Assembly: GCA_049314435.1 (NCBI GenBank)
Contig: JBMOFD010000058.1
Location: 1 to 12,850, forward strand
Direction of reading: 5' to 3'
Length of the DNA stretch: 12,850 nt
Origin: Chlamydiia bacterium
Lineage (GTDB): Bacteria > Chlamydiota > Chlamydiia > Chlamydiales > JBMOFD01
The translations under genes were made by a program, and so were the position numbers. This document shows positions 1 to 9,192 of the stretch, piece by piece. A model generated the notes under the pieces. That model was not told the DNA's origin, made no database searches, and was given only the letters and a program-made list of their open reading frames with translations. The number at the start of each line of letters is the position of its first letter. Positions within the stretch are counted from its first letter, which is position 1.

Positions 1-75
1 CAAAGAAGACTCTAGCTCTCGTTCGTGCTATCATCGGACCCTCATTCTTCGATCCGTCGCCATCAGGAGGTCATC

Positions 76-801
76 ATGCCGGGCACACTCGTTCTTTTGC
101 CCAACAGCCTGGGAGGGCCAGTGGCCGATGTCCTCTCTCCTATGGTTCTTCCATGGCTTCAGAAGATCGATGGTCTGATCGCTGAATCGGAGCGTGGTGG
201 CCGGCGTTACCTGGAGCAGTTCCAGGGACTCAAGCGCGCACCCCGTGATCTACCGATCGCGGTTCTGGGAGAGCATCAGGCGAAGGAGGATCCTAACTGG
301 TTCCTCGAGCCTTGCCTCAAAGGAGAGACCTGGGGCTACGTGTCCGATGCAGGGATGCCTTGCATCGCCGATCCAGGCGCTCGCCTCGTCCAATGTGCTC
401 GGTACAACGGAGTTGAAGTGGTGGCGTTGCCAGGGCCCTCAGCGCCCATGCTGACGCTGATGCTGTCGGGGCTTCCTGCTCAACAGTTCCAGTTTCATGG
501 CTATCCACCTAAGGGACCAGAAGACCGCATGTCCTGGGCTCAGCACTGTGCCGAGCAGTTCATCACGCAGCTCTGCATCGAGGCTCCCTATCGCAACAGA
601 GCTCTTCTCGAGACGCTTCTTAAGGCTTTGCCTAAGGGATCCCGGCTTTGTGTAGCCGTGGACCTCATGCAGCCGACCCAACAGGTTGAGGTGCATCTCG
701 TCGAGCGATGGTCCGTCACGATCGATGGTCTAGAGGATCGACCCGCCGTATTTGCTTTCTGCCCAGCCCGACCTGAGTCGCGCCAACCTCGCAGGCGATA
801 G
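76..801 (+). CDS. RsmI-like SAM-dependent methyltransferase (tetrapyrrole methylase superfamily), 241 aa; probable counterpart of C. trachomatis CT048
   Basis: ATG at 76 with AGGAGG at 65-70, preferred over GTG at 25. Motifs GTLVLLPNSLG, SDAGMPCIADPG, LPGPSA...LMLSGLPAQQFQFHGYPP and IEAPYRN are typical of RsmI/RsmI-like enzymes. Substrate cannot be confirmed from sequence. Confidence 0.85.
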   Translation: MPGTLVLLPNSLGGPVADVLSPMVLPWLQKIDGLIAESERGGRRYLEQFQGLKRAPRDLPIAVLGEHQAKEDPNWFLEPCLKGETWGYVSDAGMPCIADPGARLVQCARYNGVEVVALPGPSAPMLTLMLSGLPAQQFQFHGYPPKGPEDRMSWAQHCAEQFITQLCIEAPYRNRALLETLLKALPKGSRLCVAVDLMQPTQQVEVHLVERWSVTIDGLEDRPAVFAFCPARPESRQPRRR

Positions 802-807
802 ATCTCT

Positions 808-2013
808 CTACGGAGACGTCGTCGCTAAGACGAGTTCAGAAGCCACCAGATCGTGCAGGTCGAGACCTCGCTCGGTCAGGTGGATTCTGGACGGAGTCCG
901 TACTAAGAGCTCCTGCTCCGACAACGTTATCAGCTGAGCCGAGAGGGTGGGACTAAAGTCTCCCCACTGTCTTTGGAAGAGGTCGAGGTCTAGGCCATCG
1001 GTCAGCCGCAGACCTACCGCCAGCATTTCTCGTTGCCTAGCCTCGGCTGAAAGGCTCTCCTCCTCGCTGCGCGCCAGTTCACCACTCAAGACTGTACGAG
1101 CCCAGCGGTGCAGATGCGGGAGGTTATGGAAGCGTTGCTTATGCCAGAAACTCCAGGCAGAGGGGCCGATGCCCCAAAAGGGACGTCCTAGCCAGTAGCC
1201 TGTGTTGTGACGAGAAGCCAGCAGGCGGGCAGGGTCGTCCGGACTCCTCCGAGCAAACGCTGAGATCTCATACCGCTCAAAGCCGCCAGTCGCAGCGATC
1301 GACTTCGCATCTTCCAGCATCATCGCGCCCACTTCGGGGCTAGGGATCTCCGTCTGCAGCTTCTGTCGTTGCCGATCAAAGGCCGTATGCGGTTCGATCG
1401 TCAGGTTGTAGAGAGAGAGGTGCTGGACGGGTAACTGGATCGCTCGTTGAAGCGTCTCCTGCCAGGAGCTACGCGTCTGGCCTGGTGTCTCCATCATCAG
1501 ATCGATGCTGATGTTCTTGAATCCGATCTGTGAGGCTTGCTCGATAGCCACGAGGGCTTGATCTGCGGTGTGGTGACGTCCTAGCCGTTTGAGCTCTTCC
1601 TCTTGCAGGGACTGCACCCCAAGAGAGAGGCGGTTGATGCCCAGGGCATGGGAGGTGTGCAGATGCTCTTCGGTCAGATCCTCAGGATTGGCCTCCAGGG
1701 AGATCTCCACATCGGATGCGTCTAATGTGCCAGCGGGGAGGAGCTCTTCCAACAGGCGCTGCATGAGGTGGGCTGGTAGCAGAGCTGGTGTGCCGCCGCC
1801 GAGGTAGAGCGAGGTAAGACGGAGGGGAGTCATCGTAGATCGGAGCAACCGATGCTCAGCGATGAGCCCCTCTACGAGGAGCTCCGCATCGGCTAAGCGA
1901 AAAGGTGTCACATAGAAGTGACAGTAGGGACACTTGCGTCGACAAAAGGGGATGTGCACATACAAGCTGTATGTGCCAGCCTCGTATGAGGGAGTCTTAC
2001 CAGCGGTCCACAT
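808..2013 (-). CDS. hemW: Radical SAM heme chaperone HemW (HemN-like), 401 aa
   Basis: LYVHIPFCRRKCPYCHF (CxxxCxxC), GGGTP, EANP, RLSLGVQS, YEISAFA and the HemW-type HNxxYW motif (RHNTGYW). Lacks the long N-terminal extension of true HemN. ATG at 2013 overlaps the upstream gene by 17 bp. Confidence 0.88.
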   Translation of the reverse strand: MWTAGKTPSYEAGTYSLYVHIPFCRRKCPYCHFYVTPFRLADAELLVEGLIAEHRLLRSTMTPLRLTSLYLGGGTPALLPAHLMQRLLEELLPAGTLDASDVEISLEANPEDLTEEHLHTSHALGINRLSLGVQSLQEEELKRLGRHHTADQALVAIEQASQIGFKNISIDLMMETPGQTRSSWQETLQRAIQLPVQHLSLYNLTIEPHTAFDRQRQKLQTEIPSPEVGAMMLEDAKSIAATGGFERYEISAFARRSPDDPARLLASRHNTGYWLGRPFWGIGPSAWSFWHKQRFHNLPHLHRWARTVLSGELARSEEESLSAEARQREMLAVGLRLTDGLDLDLFQRQWGDFSPTLSAQLITLSEQELLVRTPSRIHLTERGLDLHDLVASELVLATTSP

Positions 2014-2485
2014 CAGGGTCTTCTAGAGGGCCTCGACGCCAACGATTGCGGTCACTGAAAGGGTCGTCCTCGTCCTCAGTGCTCTGGTCATCATCTTCCT
2101 CTTCTGCGCTACCCGACTCCTCTTCGGCTGATTCGCCGGCATCGCTGTAGTAGTAGGTCGATGACTCAGACTCATAGCCGTCCGATTCCATGTCGAAGCT
2201 GCTTTCGGAAGCGCTTTCCTCGCCGATCTCAGCATCGGGGAGAGTATGCGAATCAGGGTACGCTGCACGCGCCTGATTCGAGCGACGTGGAGTCACGAAC
2301 TCCTCGCCGTCGCCGCTCTCCTTCAGCATGCGTAGGCGCTCGCGCTCCTCCTCCATGCGGACCTGGATCTGCCGGATCTCCTCCTGGTGACGGGGGATTT
2401 CCTTTTTGGGAACTAGACCCAACTTCAGCCACTCCTCGAGATCGTGGAGCTCTGATTCCAGTTTCTTCAACCGCTCGCTCTTCAT
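1997..2485 (-). CDS. Chlamydiae-specific conserved acidic protein (CT053-like), 162 aa
   Basis: N-terminus MKSERLKKLESELHDLEEWLKLGLVPKKEIPRHQEEIR and C-terminus EDDPFSDRNRWRRG match my recollection of C. trachomatis CT053, which also lies between hemN-like and sucA genes. ATG at 2485 preferred over the TTG at 2515. Predicted coiled coil, then an Asp/Glu/Ser-rich region. Confidence 0.85.
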   Translation of the reverse strand: MKSERLKKLESELHDLEEWLKLGLVPKKEIPRHQEEIRQIQVRMEEERERLRMLKESGDGEEFVTPRRSNQARAAYPDSHTLPDAEIGEESASESSFDMESDGYESESSTYYYSDAGESAEEESGSAEEEDDDQSTEDEDDPFSDRNRWRRGPLEDPDVDRW

Positions 2486-2660
2486 CAAATTGACGCGACG
2501 GAAACCCCTCGCCAAAGCAAGAGGAGGAAGTCGCGCTCCTTATCAGGTTAATATGTCTACTTAGGGGAGACATGATTCCGGCTCAAGGCCCTTTCGTGCA
2601 ACAGCCCACATGGGTCTACCCTAAATTCGCCGTTCTCATACAGTAAATTTAATTTTCGGT

Positions 2661-2690
2661 CTGTGGCCATATGCTTCCGTATGTGGACAG
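2661..2690 (+). promoter_or_regulatory. Putative stem-loop upstream of sucA
   Basis: CTGT-(GG bulge)-CCATATGC-TTCC loop-GTATGTGG-ACAG: 12 pairs including two G-U pairs that form only on the + strand, about 80 nt before the sucA ATG. Confidence 0.3.
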
Positions 2691-2769
2691 GATACCTCTC
2701 TATTCCATGGTTTACACGGAGAGACGGGCGTCTGTGACAAAGCATGCTACAGAGGAGTGAGGCAGGGAA

Positions 2770-5460
2770 ATGGGGCTGGCGTTCGGCGAGAATCGAGAGC
2801 ATCTCGAAGAGCAATACGCGATCTGGCGACAGAACCCAGAGCAGTGTTCACCCGAATGGCGCGCTTTTTTTGAGGGGATGGAGTTTGCTGGTCCCGGCAT
2901 GGCGAGCCAGGCCACCGTTGAAGCGAATGCGGTGGTGAAGGCCTATCGGCTATACGGTCACCTAGCTGCTTCCTCAAATCCACTCCGTGAAGCAGTGGCT
3001 CCGCTGCAGCTGGATCTGGCGAGCTTGGGTTACACCGACCCAGCGATGGAAGTTCCATCGGAGGGATTTTTCCCGGAGCCTACGGTTCCTCTCAGTCGAC
3101 TGGTTGAGGCACTCAGGCAAACCTACTGTGGATCGATCGGGATCGAGTACATGGGATCGGGTTCTGAGGTGGAGGCCTACATCCAGCAGCGCATCGAGCC
3201 CACGCGTTTCCATACGGAGTGGACGGTTCAACAAAAGAGAGCACTGCTCGAGATCCTCAACAGGACGGAGCTTTTCGAGCTGTTTCTCCACACCAAGTTC
3301 ACTGGACAGAAGCGGTTTAGTCTGGAGGGAACGGAAGCTCTGTTGCCGATTCTTCAGGCCGTGGTTGACCATGGCGCGAGTTTGGGTCTTGCCCAGATCG
3401 TGCTAGGCATGGCTCATCGAGGTCGGCTGAATGTGCTGCATACTCTACTCGGGCGGCCGATCTCGTTGGTTTTTCATGAGTTTGATGAGAGCTATGTGCC
3501 CTATCCCTTCGAGGGGTCGGGTGATGTGAAGTACCACAAGGGCTTTACCGGCACGATCACGACCGCTACTGGAGCCAAGGTCGAGGTAGCCGCGATGGCG
3601 AATCCCAGCCATTTGGAGGCGGTCGATCCCGTGGTGGAGGGCTTTACCCGTGCACTTCAGGATCGTCACGGCACCATTCCCTTAGAGGCGCCTCCGGCAT
3701 CGGTCCCCAAGGAGCGTAGGGTAGTGGAGATGCCGCTGCTGATCCACGGAGATGCTTCGGTGGCAGGGCAGGGCGTGGTCTACGAGACGCTGCAGATGGG
3801 CGGACTACGCGGGTATACAACGGGCGGCACACTCCACGTCGTGATCAACAACCAAGTGGGGTTCACAGCCGCACCCGAAGAGACTCGGTCGACGCGCTAT
3901 GCCACCGATTTAGCTAGAGCCTTTCGCTGCCCGGTCCTGCATGTGAATGCAGAGGATGCCGAGGCGTGTGTGGAGGCGGCTCGATTAGCAGTGGAGCTAA
4001 GGCAGCAGTTTGGTGTCGATGTGTTCATCGATCTGGTGGGTTACCGCAGATATGGCCACAACGAGGGCGATGAGCCGGCGTTCACGCAGCCGCTAGAAAC
4101 CCAAATGATCCGCGCTAAAGAGTCGACACGAGTGCTCTATCGCAATCGCCTTATGCAAGAGGGTCTTCTTGAACAGAAGGTGGCAGAAGAAATGGAGGAA
4201 AAGTTCCGTGCGGAGCTCCTGCAAGCCCTTCAAGAGAGCGGTCAGTATGTCAAAGAGCCTCCCACTAGAAAGGCGGCTCAGGGTCTTGAGGATCCGGTAT
4301 GGGCTCAGCATGTGCAGACAGCAGCTCTAGCCGCGCCTCCTCGTGAAGGCCAACTACGAGCCCTAGCCCAACAGCTTACGACATTCCCAGAGGGCTTTAC
4401 GCCCCACCCTAAGGTGAAGCGGCTCATTGAGCAGAGGCGAAAGCAGCTGGAAGAGGGGATCGATTGGGCGTGGGCTGAAGTGCTGAGTCTGGCTTCTCTA
4501 CTCACCCAGGGGGTCCCCGTGCGCCTCTCGGGGCAGGATGTGGGTCGAGGGACCTTCAGTCAACGCCATGCGGTATGGGTCGATCAGAGTACGGGGCTCC
4601 CATGGAGTCCTCTCCAGCATCTCTCGCCTTCGCAGGCTCCCTTCTCTGTATGGAATAGTCATCTGAGTGAATACGCTGTCATGGGGTTTGAGTATGGGTA
4701 CTCCCTGCTCACTCCAGCTCAACTGGTGATCTGGGAGGCGCAGTTCGGTGATTTTGCGAACGGGGCGCAGATCTTGATCGACCAGTTCATTGCAGCGGGT
4801 GAAAAAAAGTGGGGCCGCCACAGTGGGCTCACGCTATTCCTCCCCCATGGCTACGAAGGGCAAGGTCCCGAGCACTCTTCAGGAAGGCCTGAGAGGTTTT
4901 TGCAGTTGTGTGCAGAGGAGAACCTCCGCGTGGTGGTTCCCAGCACACCGGCTCAGCAGTACCATCTTCTTCGGGAGCAAGCGCTCATCTCTCCACCTCA
5001 TCCCCTGATCGTCTTCACGCCCAAGGGCCTCCTTCGTGCTCCCCAGGCGACGAGTTCGCTGGATGAGTTGGCGGAAGGGGTATTCCAGCATCTGATACCA
5101 GATCCTCGTGTGATGGGCTCGGTCACGCGGCTTGTGTTCTGTACGGGGAAGATCTGGTATGAGCTGGAAGCTCTTCGAGAACAGCTGCAGGTGACGGGCC
5201 TGGCCATCGTGAGGATCGAACAGTTGTACCCGATGCCCGACCTGCGCACTCTGCTTACCGAGCTGATGCCCAAGAAGATCGTCTGGGTGCAGGAAGAGCC
5301 GCAGAACCAGGGATACTGGGGCTACTTGCGCACAAGGTTGCCAGCTGGTACGGAGTACTGTGGGCGTCCAGCAGCGGCCGCAACAGCCACCGGAAGCCAT
5401 GCTCAGCATAAGGCTCAACAGACCGCGCTTCTGCGCCAAGCTCTAGGACTCGAGGCGTAA
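2770..5460 (+). CDS. sucA: 2-oxoglutarate dehydrogenase E1 component, 896 aa
   Basis: [30 protein letters not shown], ThDP-binding [15 protein letters not shown]...[51 protein letters not shown]. In-frame TGA at 2758-2760 bounds the start. Confidence 0.98.
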   Translation: MGLAFGENREHLEEQYAIWRQNPEQCSPEWRAFFEGMEFAGPGMASQATVEANAVVKAYRLYGHLAASSNPLREAVAPLQLDLASLGYTDPAMEVPSEGFFPEPTVPLSRLVEALRQTYCGSIGIEYMGSGSEVEAYIQQRIEPTRFHTEWTVQQKRALLEILNRTELFELFLHTKFTGQKRFSLEGTEALLPILQAVVDHGASLGLAQIVLGMAHRGRLNVLHTLLGRPISLVFHEFDESYVPYPFEGSGDVKYHKGFTGTITTATGAKVEVAAMANPSHLEAVDPVVEGFTRALQDRHGTIPLEAPPASVPKERRVVEMPLLIHGDASVAGQGVVYETLQMGGLRGYTTGGTLHVVINNQVGFTAAPEETRSTRYATDLARAFRCPVLHVNAEDAEACVEAARLAVELRQQFGVDVFIDLVGYRRYGHNEGDEPAFTQPLETQMIRAKESTRVLYRNRLMQEGLLEQKVAEEMEEKFRAELLQALQESGQYVKEPPTRKAAQGLEDPVWAQHVQTAALAAPPREGQLRALAQQLTTFPEGFTPHPKVKRLIEQRRKQLEEGIDWAWAEVLSLASLLTQGVPVRLSGQDVGRGTFSQRHAVWVDQSTGLPWSPLQHLSPSQAPFSVWNSHLSEYAVMGFEYGYSLLTPAQLVIWEAQFGDFANGAQILIDQFIAAGEKKWGRHSGLTLFLPHGYEGQGPEHSSGRPERFLQLCAEENLRVVVPSTPAQQYHLLREQALISPPHPLIVFTPKGLLRAPQATSSLDELAEGVFQHLIPDPRVMGSVTRLVFCTGKIWYELEALREQLQVTGLAIVRIEQLYPMPDLRTLLTELMPKKIVWVQEEPQNQGYWGYLRTRLPAGTEYCGRPAAAATATGSHAQHKAQQTALLRQALGLEA

Positions 5461-5462
5461 CG

Positions 5463-6596
5463 ATGAAGATTGAGATCAAAGTCCCTTCGTTGGGCGAGTC
5501 GGTGTCTGAAGTGGTCATAGGGCGACTGCTCAAACCCTCCGGATCTCTGGTCCAGCAAGACGAAGAGATCGTGGAGCTGGAGACCGACAAGGTGAACCAA
5601 GTGCTCCCCGCTCCAGCTGCTGGACAGCTCGTCTGGAAGGTGAAAGAGGGAGAGACTCTGGCGATTGGAGCTCTTCTTGGTTCGATCGACACCGATCAAA
5701 AGGTGCCGGCTTCAGCCCCTGAAGCCAAGCCTCCTTCGGCTCCCAAAGTCGTGCCCCTTGGCCCCCAACAGCCTTCTAAGACACCCCCAGCATCCTCAGG
5801 ACCAGCTTTACGCCGATCAATCGAGGAATGGGTACAAAGAAGCGCTCCGGAGGCTACGCCACCATCTGCTGCGCCGCAGGCGCCGTCGCAGGCGTCGGAG
5901 GGTGGGGAGAGACGACCTATGTCGAAGCTGCGCAAGACGATTGCGCGGCGGTTGGTGGAGGTGCAGCAGACGACAGCCAGCCTGACAACCTTCAATGAAT
6001 GCGACATGAGCCGTGTCATCGAGCTACGCAGCCGCTACAAAGAGAAGTTCCAGAAAGAGCACGGCGTAGGCCTTGGCTTCATGAGCTTCTTCATCAAAGC
6101 CACGGTGGATGCTCTACAGGCCTATCCAGGTTTTCACGCCTTCATCGAAGGCGATGAGATCGTCCAGTTCCGTGGGTATGACATCAGTGTGGCGGTCTCC
6201 ACCGATCGCGGTCTGGTCGTTCCCGTTCTGAGGGGATGCGACCAAAAGACCTTTGCGGAACTGGAGATCGAACTGGCGGATCTGGCCACGCGTGCCCGAG
6301 CGAACCAGCTCACCCTGGCCGACCTGAAGGGCGGATGCTTCACCCTCTCCAATGCCGGGGTCTTTGGGTCCCTACTTAGCACTCCCATTCTTAACGCCCC
6401 TCAGGTGGGGATTCTCGGGATGCATAAGATCCAGGACCGACCCATCGCCGTGGACGGCAAGGTCGAGATCCGACCCATGATGTATCTAGCGCTCACCTAT
6501 GACCACCGCATGGTGGATGGAAAAGAAGCGGTCTCATTCCTGGTGCATGTGAAGAACTGCATCGAAGATCCCAGTCGCTTGATGCTCGAGGTGTGA
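5463..6596 (+). CDS. sucB: Dihydrolipoamide succinyltransferase (E2 of 2-oxoglutarate dehydrogenase), 377 aa
   Basis: Lipoyl domain ([10 protein letters not shown]...ELETDKV), Pro/Ala/Ser-rich linker, catalytic domain with TTFNE, GLVVPV, STPILN and [10 protein letters not shown]. Starts 2 bp after the sucA stop. Confidence 0.97.
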   Translation: MKIEIKVPSLGESVSEVVIGRLLKPSGSLVQQDEEIVELETDKVNQVLPAPAAGQLVWKVKEGETLAIGALLGSIDTDQKVPASAPEAKPPSAPKVVPLGPQQPSKTPPASSGPALRRSIEEWVQRSAPEATPPSAAPQAPSQASEGGERRPMSKLRKTIARRLVEVQQTTASLTTFNECDMSRVIELRSRYKEKFQKEHGVGLGFMSFFIKATVDALQAYPGFHAFIEGDEIVQFRGYDISVAVSTDRGLVVPVLRGCDQKTFAELEIELADLATRARANQLTLADLKGGCFTLSNAGVFGSLLSTPILNAPQVGILGMHKIQDRPIAVDGKVEIRPMMYLALTYDHRMVDGKEAVSFLVHVKNCIEDPSRLMLEV

Positions 6597-7969
6597 TGGA
6601 ACAGCGGGATCTGATCGTCATTGGAGCTGGGCCAGGCGGCTATGTAGCGGCCTTAAGAGCCGCCCAGTTGGGTATGAGTGTGGCGCTCATCGACAAGCAG
6701 CCCTTCTTAGGCGGGACCTGCCTTAACGTGGGTTGTATCCCGAGCAAGACGCTTCTCTTTGCCACAGAGCAGTTAGCTTGGATCCAGCAGCATGGGGCCT
6801 CTTGGGGGATACAGGGGAGCGTGCAGGCGGACATTACGACGATGATGGAGCGTAAGACCGAAGTGGTCTCAGGATTCCGTCAGGGGATCCACAGCCTCTG
6901 TCAGCGCGCCAAGATCCACGTCATCGAAGCAGCCGCCGAGCTACAGGGTGGGAACCGCGTGCGGCTCTCGACCGGGGAGGAGCTGCAAGGCCGTTGGATC
7001 CTGCTAGCGGCTGGATCTGAGCCAATCGTCTTGCCCTCCATCCCAGTCGATGAGGAGACCATCGTCACATCCACAGGGGCCCTCTCCCTCAAAAAGGTGC
7101 CCAAACGACTGATTGTGATCGGGGCTGGGGTGATTGGGGTCGAGCTAGGGTCGGTCTATCAGCGGCTAGGTTCGCAGGTGACCTTCATCGAAGCGACAGC
7201 AGGGATCTGTCCGGGTCTGGATGGAACCATCGTCAAAAGTTTCCAGGCGCTCCTCGAGGCTCAAGGTCTGCAGTTCCGGCTGAACCAGAAGGTGAAGAGC
7301 TGTCAGAAGCGTGGGGATGTCGTCGACGTGGTCCTGGACAGTGGGGAGCAGCTTGAAGCAGATGTGGTTCTGGTCGCCATAGGTCGACGCCCCTATACGG
7401 CTGGACTCGGATTAGATAAAGCTGGCGTGACTCCTGGCCCAGGGGGGCGTCTTGTGGTCGATGGACGTTTTTGGACGGGTGTCGATGGTATTTATGCGAT
7501 CGGGGACCTGATCGATGGACCCATGCTCGCGCACAAGGCCAGTGAAGAGGCCGTGGTATGTGTAGAGGGCCTAGCCGGGCTGCCCTCTAAGATCGACTAC
7601 ATCTCTGTGCCCAATGTGATCTACACCCATCCTGAGGTGGCGACGGTAGGGCTGACCGAAGAGCAGGCTCGAGGATTTGGGCTGAAGGTGCACGTAGGGA
7701 CGTTCCCCTTCAAGGCCAATTCCAGAGCGCGCTGCTGCGGTGAGGTGGGCGGTCTTGTTAAAGTGATCGGGGAAGAGGGCTCGGACCGACTGCTGGGGAT
7801 TCATATCGTAGGAGCTCACGCTTCTGAGCTCATTGCTGTAGGTGTGCTAGCCATGCAGCAGGGGGTACGTGTGGCTCAGCTTGCACACTGCTGCATGGCG
7901 CACCCGACGTTGTCAGAGGCGCTCAAAGAAGCAGCGTTGGATTTCGCTAAGAGTGCCATCCACAAGTAG
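6596..7969 (+). CDS. lpdA: Dihydrolipoamide dehydrogenase (E3), 457 aa from ATG 6596 (GTG 6593 is an alternative start)
   Basis: FAD-binding GAGPGGY, redox disulfide GGTCLNVGCIPSK, NAD-binding GAGVIGVE, GPMLAHKA, C-terminal HPTLSE. Start overlaps the sucB stop (TGATG). Confidence 0.97.
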   Translation: MEQRDLIVIGAGPGGYVAALRAAQLGMSVALIDKQPFLGGTCLNVGCIPSKTLLFATEQLAWIQQHGASWGIQGSVQADITTMMERKTEVVSGFRQGIHSLCQRAKIHVIEAAAELQGGNRVRLSTGEELQGRWILLAAGSEPIVLPSIPVDEETIVTSTGALSLKKVPKRLIVIGAGVIGVELGSVYQRLGSQVTFIEATAGICPGLDGTIVKSFQALLEAQGLQFRLNQKVKSCQKRGDVVDVVLDSGEQLEADVVLVAIGRRPYTAGLGLDKAGVTPGPGGRLVVDGRFWTGVDGIYAIGDLIDGPMLAHKASEEAVVCVEGLAGLPSKIDYISVPNVIYTHPEVATVGLTEEQARGFGLKVHVGTFPFKANSRARCCGEVGGLVKVIGEEGSDRLLGIHIVGAHASELIAVGVLAMQQGVRVAQLAHCCMAHPTLSEALKEAALDFAKSAIHK

Positions 7970-7979
7970 TCCCCATCCT

Positions 7980-8090
7980 CGCTTCGACCCTTGGAGTTCA
8001 CCAGCATGCACGGAGCGGGCTATGGCTCATGCACGGAGCGGGCTATGGCTAAGGTCTACCTCGGTCTCTTCGCACAATACGGAAATTGAG
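7980..8090 (+). repeat. Direct repeat copy 1: orphan fragment equivalent to the last 28 codons and stop of the downstream phospholipase D gene
   Basis: After removing one 23-bp tandem unit it aligns ungapped to 11179-11266 with 82/88 identity. Translates as RFDPWSSPACTERAMAKVYLGLFAQYGN* versus RFDPWSSPAWTEQVMAKVYLGLFAQYGN* in the intact gene. Confidence 0.95.
8005..8050 (+). repeat. Perfect 2 x 23-bp tandem duplication (CATGCACGGAGCGGGCTATGGCT)
   Basis: Identical units at 8005-8027 and 8028-8050. The homologous site in the PLD gene has a single unit. Confidence 0.95.
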
Positions 8091-8149
8091 TATTCACTCG
8101 GGCACGCCCTCCAGGAAGCCTCAGCGACGAAGACCCATAAGGCTCTGCT

Positions 8150-8158
8150 TGGTATAGT
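8150..8158 (+). promoter_or_regulatory. Candidate extended -10 promoter element for the GNAT gene
   Basis: TG-G-TATAGT ending 37 nt before ATG 8196. No convincing -35 hexamer. Confidence 0.3.
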
Positions 8159-8195
8159 CCGGGACGGATCGAGTCAGTAAAATTGGAACGTCACG

Positions 8196-9035
8196 ATGGC
8201 CCAGGAGATCGACATTTTCCATCTTCTCGAAGAGTCCTTCCCGGGAGTCACGGCTACTTTAAGGCGGTGTGCTGAACTTGGATTCCCAGAGGAGTATAGG
8301 CCCTTTATTCTTGAGGATCGTGGCAAGCTGGTGTCCCATGTTGGATACCACGAGTACCCCATCTGGACCTATGGACGACGACGTGCATTCGGAGCTCTTA
8401 CTGCCATTTGCACAGAGGCTCATCACCGTGGACAGGGCCTGGCCACCGCGCTGATCCAACAGGCGATGGCCTGGGCGCAAGATCGTGGAGTAGAAGGTGT
8501 CGTCCTGTTCTCTGAGATTCCACAGTTTTACACGAGAGCATCGTTCCGGGTGATCCAAGAATACCGGTTTCGGTTGCCGTTTCGATCTACAGGAGGGTCC
8601 CGGCAACTCTCGCCCTTGGTCTCCCCAAGGGATGACGAGCTATTTGCCCGCTGCATTCGTAACCGAAGTCCTCTTTCCGAGGTCGTTTGGGTAGAGGACT
8701 TCGGCCAAATGGCCTGTTTCAGTGCCCTTTTTGGGAGTGATCCGGCCTACAAATTACTGGCTTATAGTCCACATCTCGATGTCATCCTTTCTCTTAAAAT
8801 GGAGGGCCGCAGCCTCCATCTACTGGATATTATCGGGGCTAGAATCCCTTCTCTGCAGGAGATCTTGGATCACATTCCGACCGAGGTTGAGGAGATCTTC
8901 TTCTACTTTCCTCCGGACAAGCTGACCAGAGATGCTCTTCCGGAGCCCCATTTAATTGATGGCAACCACCTGATGGTGCGGGGAGCTTGGCCCTCTACGG
9001 AACCCTTTATGGTGCCTCTCTTGAGCCGCACCTAA
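8196..9035 (+). CDS. GNAT family N-acetyltransferase, 279 aa (N-terminal GNAT domain plus degenerate second domain)
   Basis: LVSHVG strand, GALTAICTEAHHRGQGLATALIQQA (acetyl-CoA motif A, RxxGxA), VVLFSEIPQFYTRASF (motif B region). Substrate unknown. Confidence 0.85.
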   Translation: MAQEIDIFHLLEESFPGVTATLRRCAELGFPEEYRPFILEDRGKLVSHVGYHEYPIWTYGRRRAFGALTAICTEAHHRGQGLATALIQQAMAWAQDRGVEGVVLFSEIPQFYTRASFRVIQEYRFRLPFRSTGGSRQLSPLVSPRDDELFARCIRNRSPLSEVVWVEDFGQMACFSALFGSDPAYKLLAYSPHLDVILSLKMEGRSLHLLDIIGARIPSLQEILDHIPTEVEEIFFYFPPDKLTRDALPEPHLIDGNHLMVRGAWPSTEPFMVPLLSRT

Positions 9036-9158
9036 GAACAGGCTTAGCGCTGTCGTTCAGCTTTGTTTGTGTGGTCAGGGTCATGCCTAAGCGATGTCAT
9101 GTATCCATTTATTGATTCCAGATAAATGGGGCATCTTTAAGGTGCGTTTAAACACATT

Positions 9159-9167
9159 TGTTACAAT
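9159..9167 (+). promoter_or_regulatory. Candidate extended -10 promoter element for the PLD gene
   Basis: TG-T-TACAAT in an AT-rich intergenic stretch, followed by GAGGT (9184-9188) and ATG 9193. Confidence 0.35.
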
Positions 9168-9192
9168 TTAGGGAGTTTTGATTGAGGTATGG

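Noticed and set aside
1..185. Open frame KKTLALVRAIIGPSFF... ending at TGA 183-185, possibly the 3' end of an upstream gene
   Set aside because: No recognisable motif, and it would overlap the methyltransferase by 110 bp. Cannot be judged without upstream sequence.
808..2013. Call as oxygen-independent coproporphyrinogen III oxidase HemN
   Set aside because: Short N-terminus before the CxxxCxxC motif and the HNxxYW motif fit HemW better.
8005..8050. 23-bp repeat as a mini CRISPR array
   Set aside because: Units abut with no spacer, derive from PLD coding sequence, and no cas genes are present.
7869..8180. 103-aa ORF from the track
   Set aside because: Chimera of an lpdA off-frame overlap and the frameshifted PLD stump; not a plausible gene.
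9032..9100. Short inverted and direct repeats after the GNAT stop (CTAAG/CTTAG; GGCTTAGCGCTGTCGT vs GCCTAAGCGATGTCAT)
   Set aside because: Stems of 5-6 bp without an adjacent U tract and a 12/16 direct match are too weak to call a terminator or operator.
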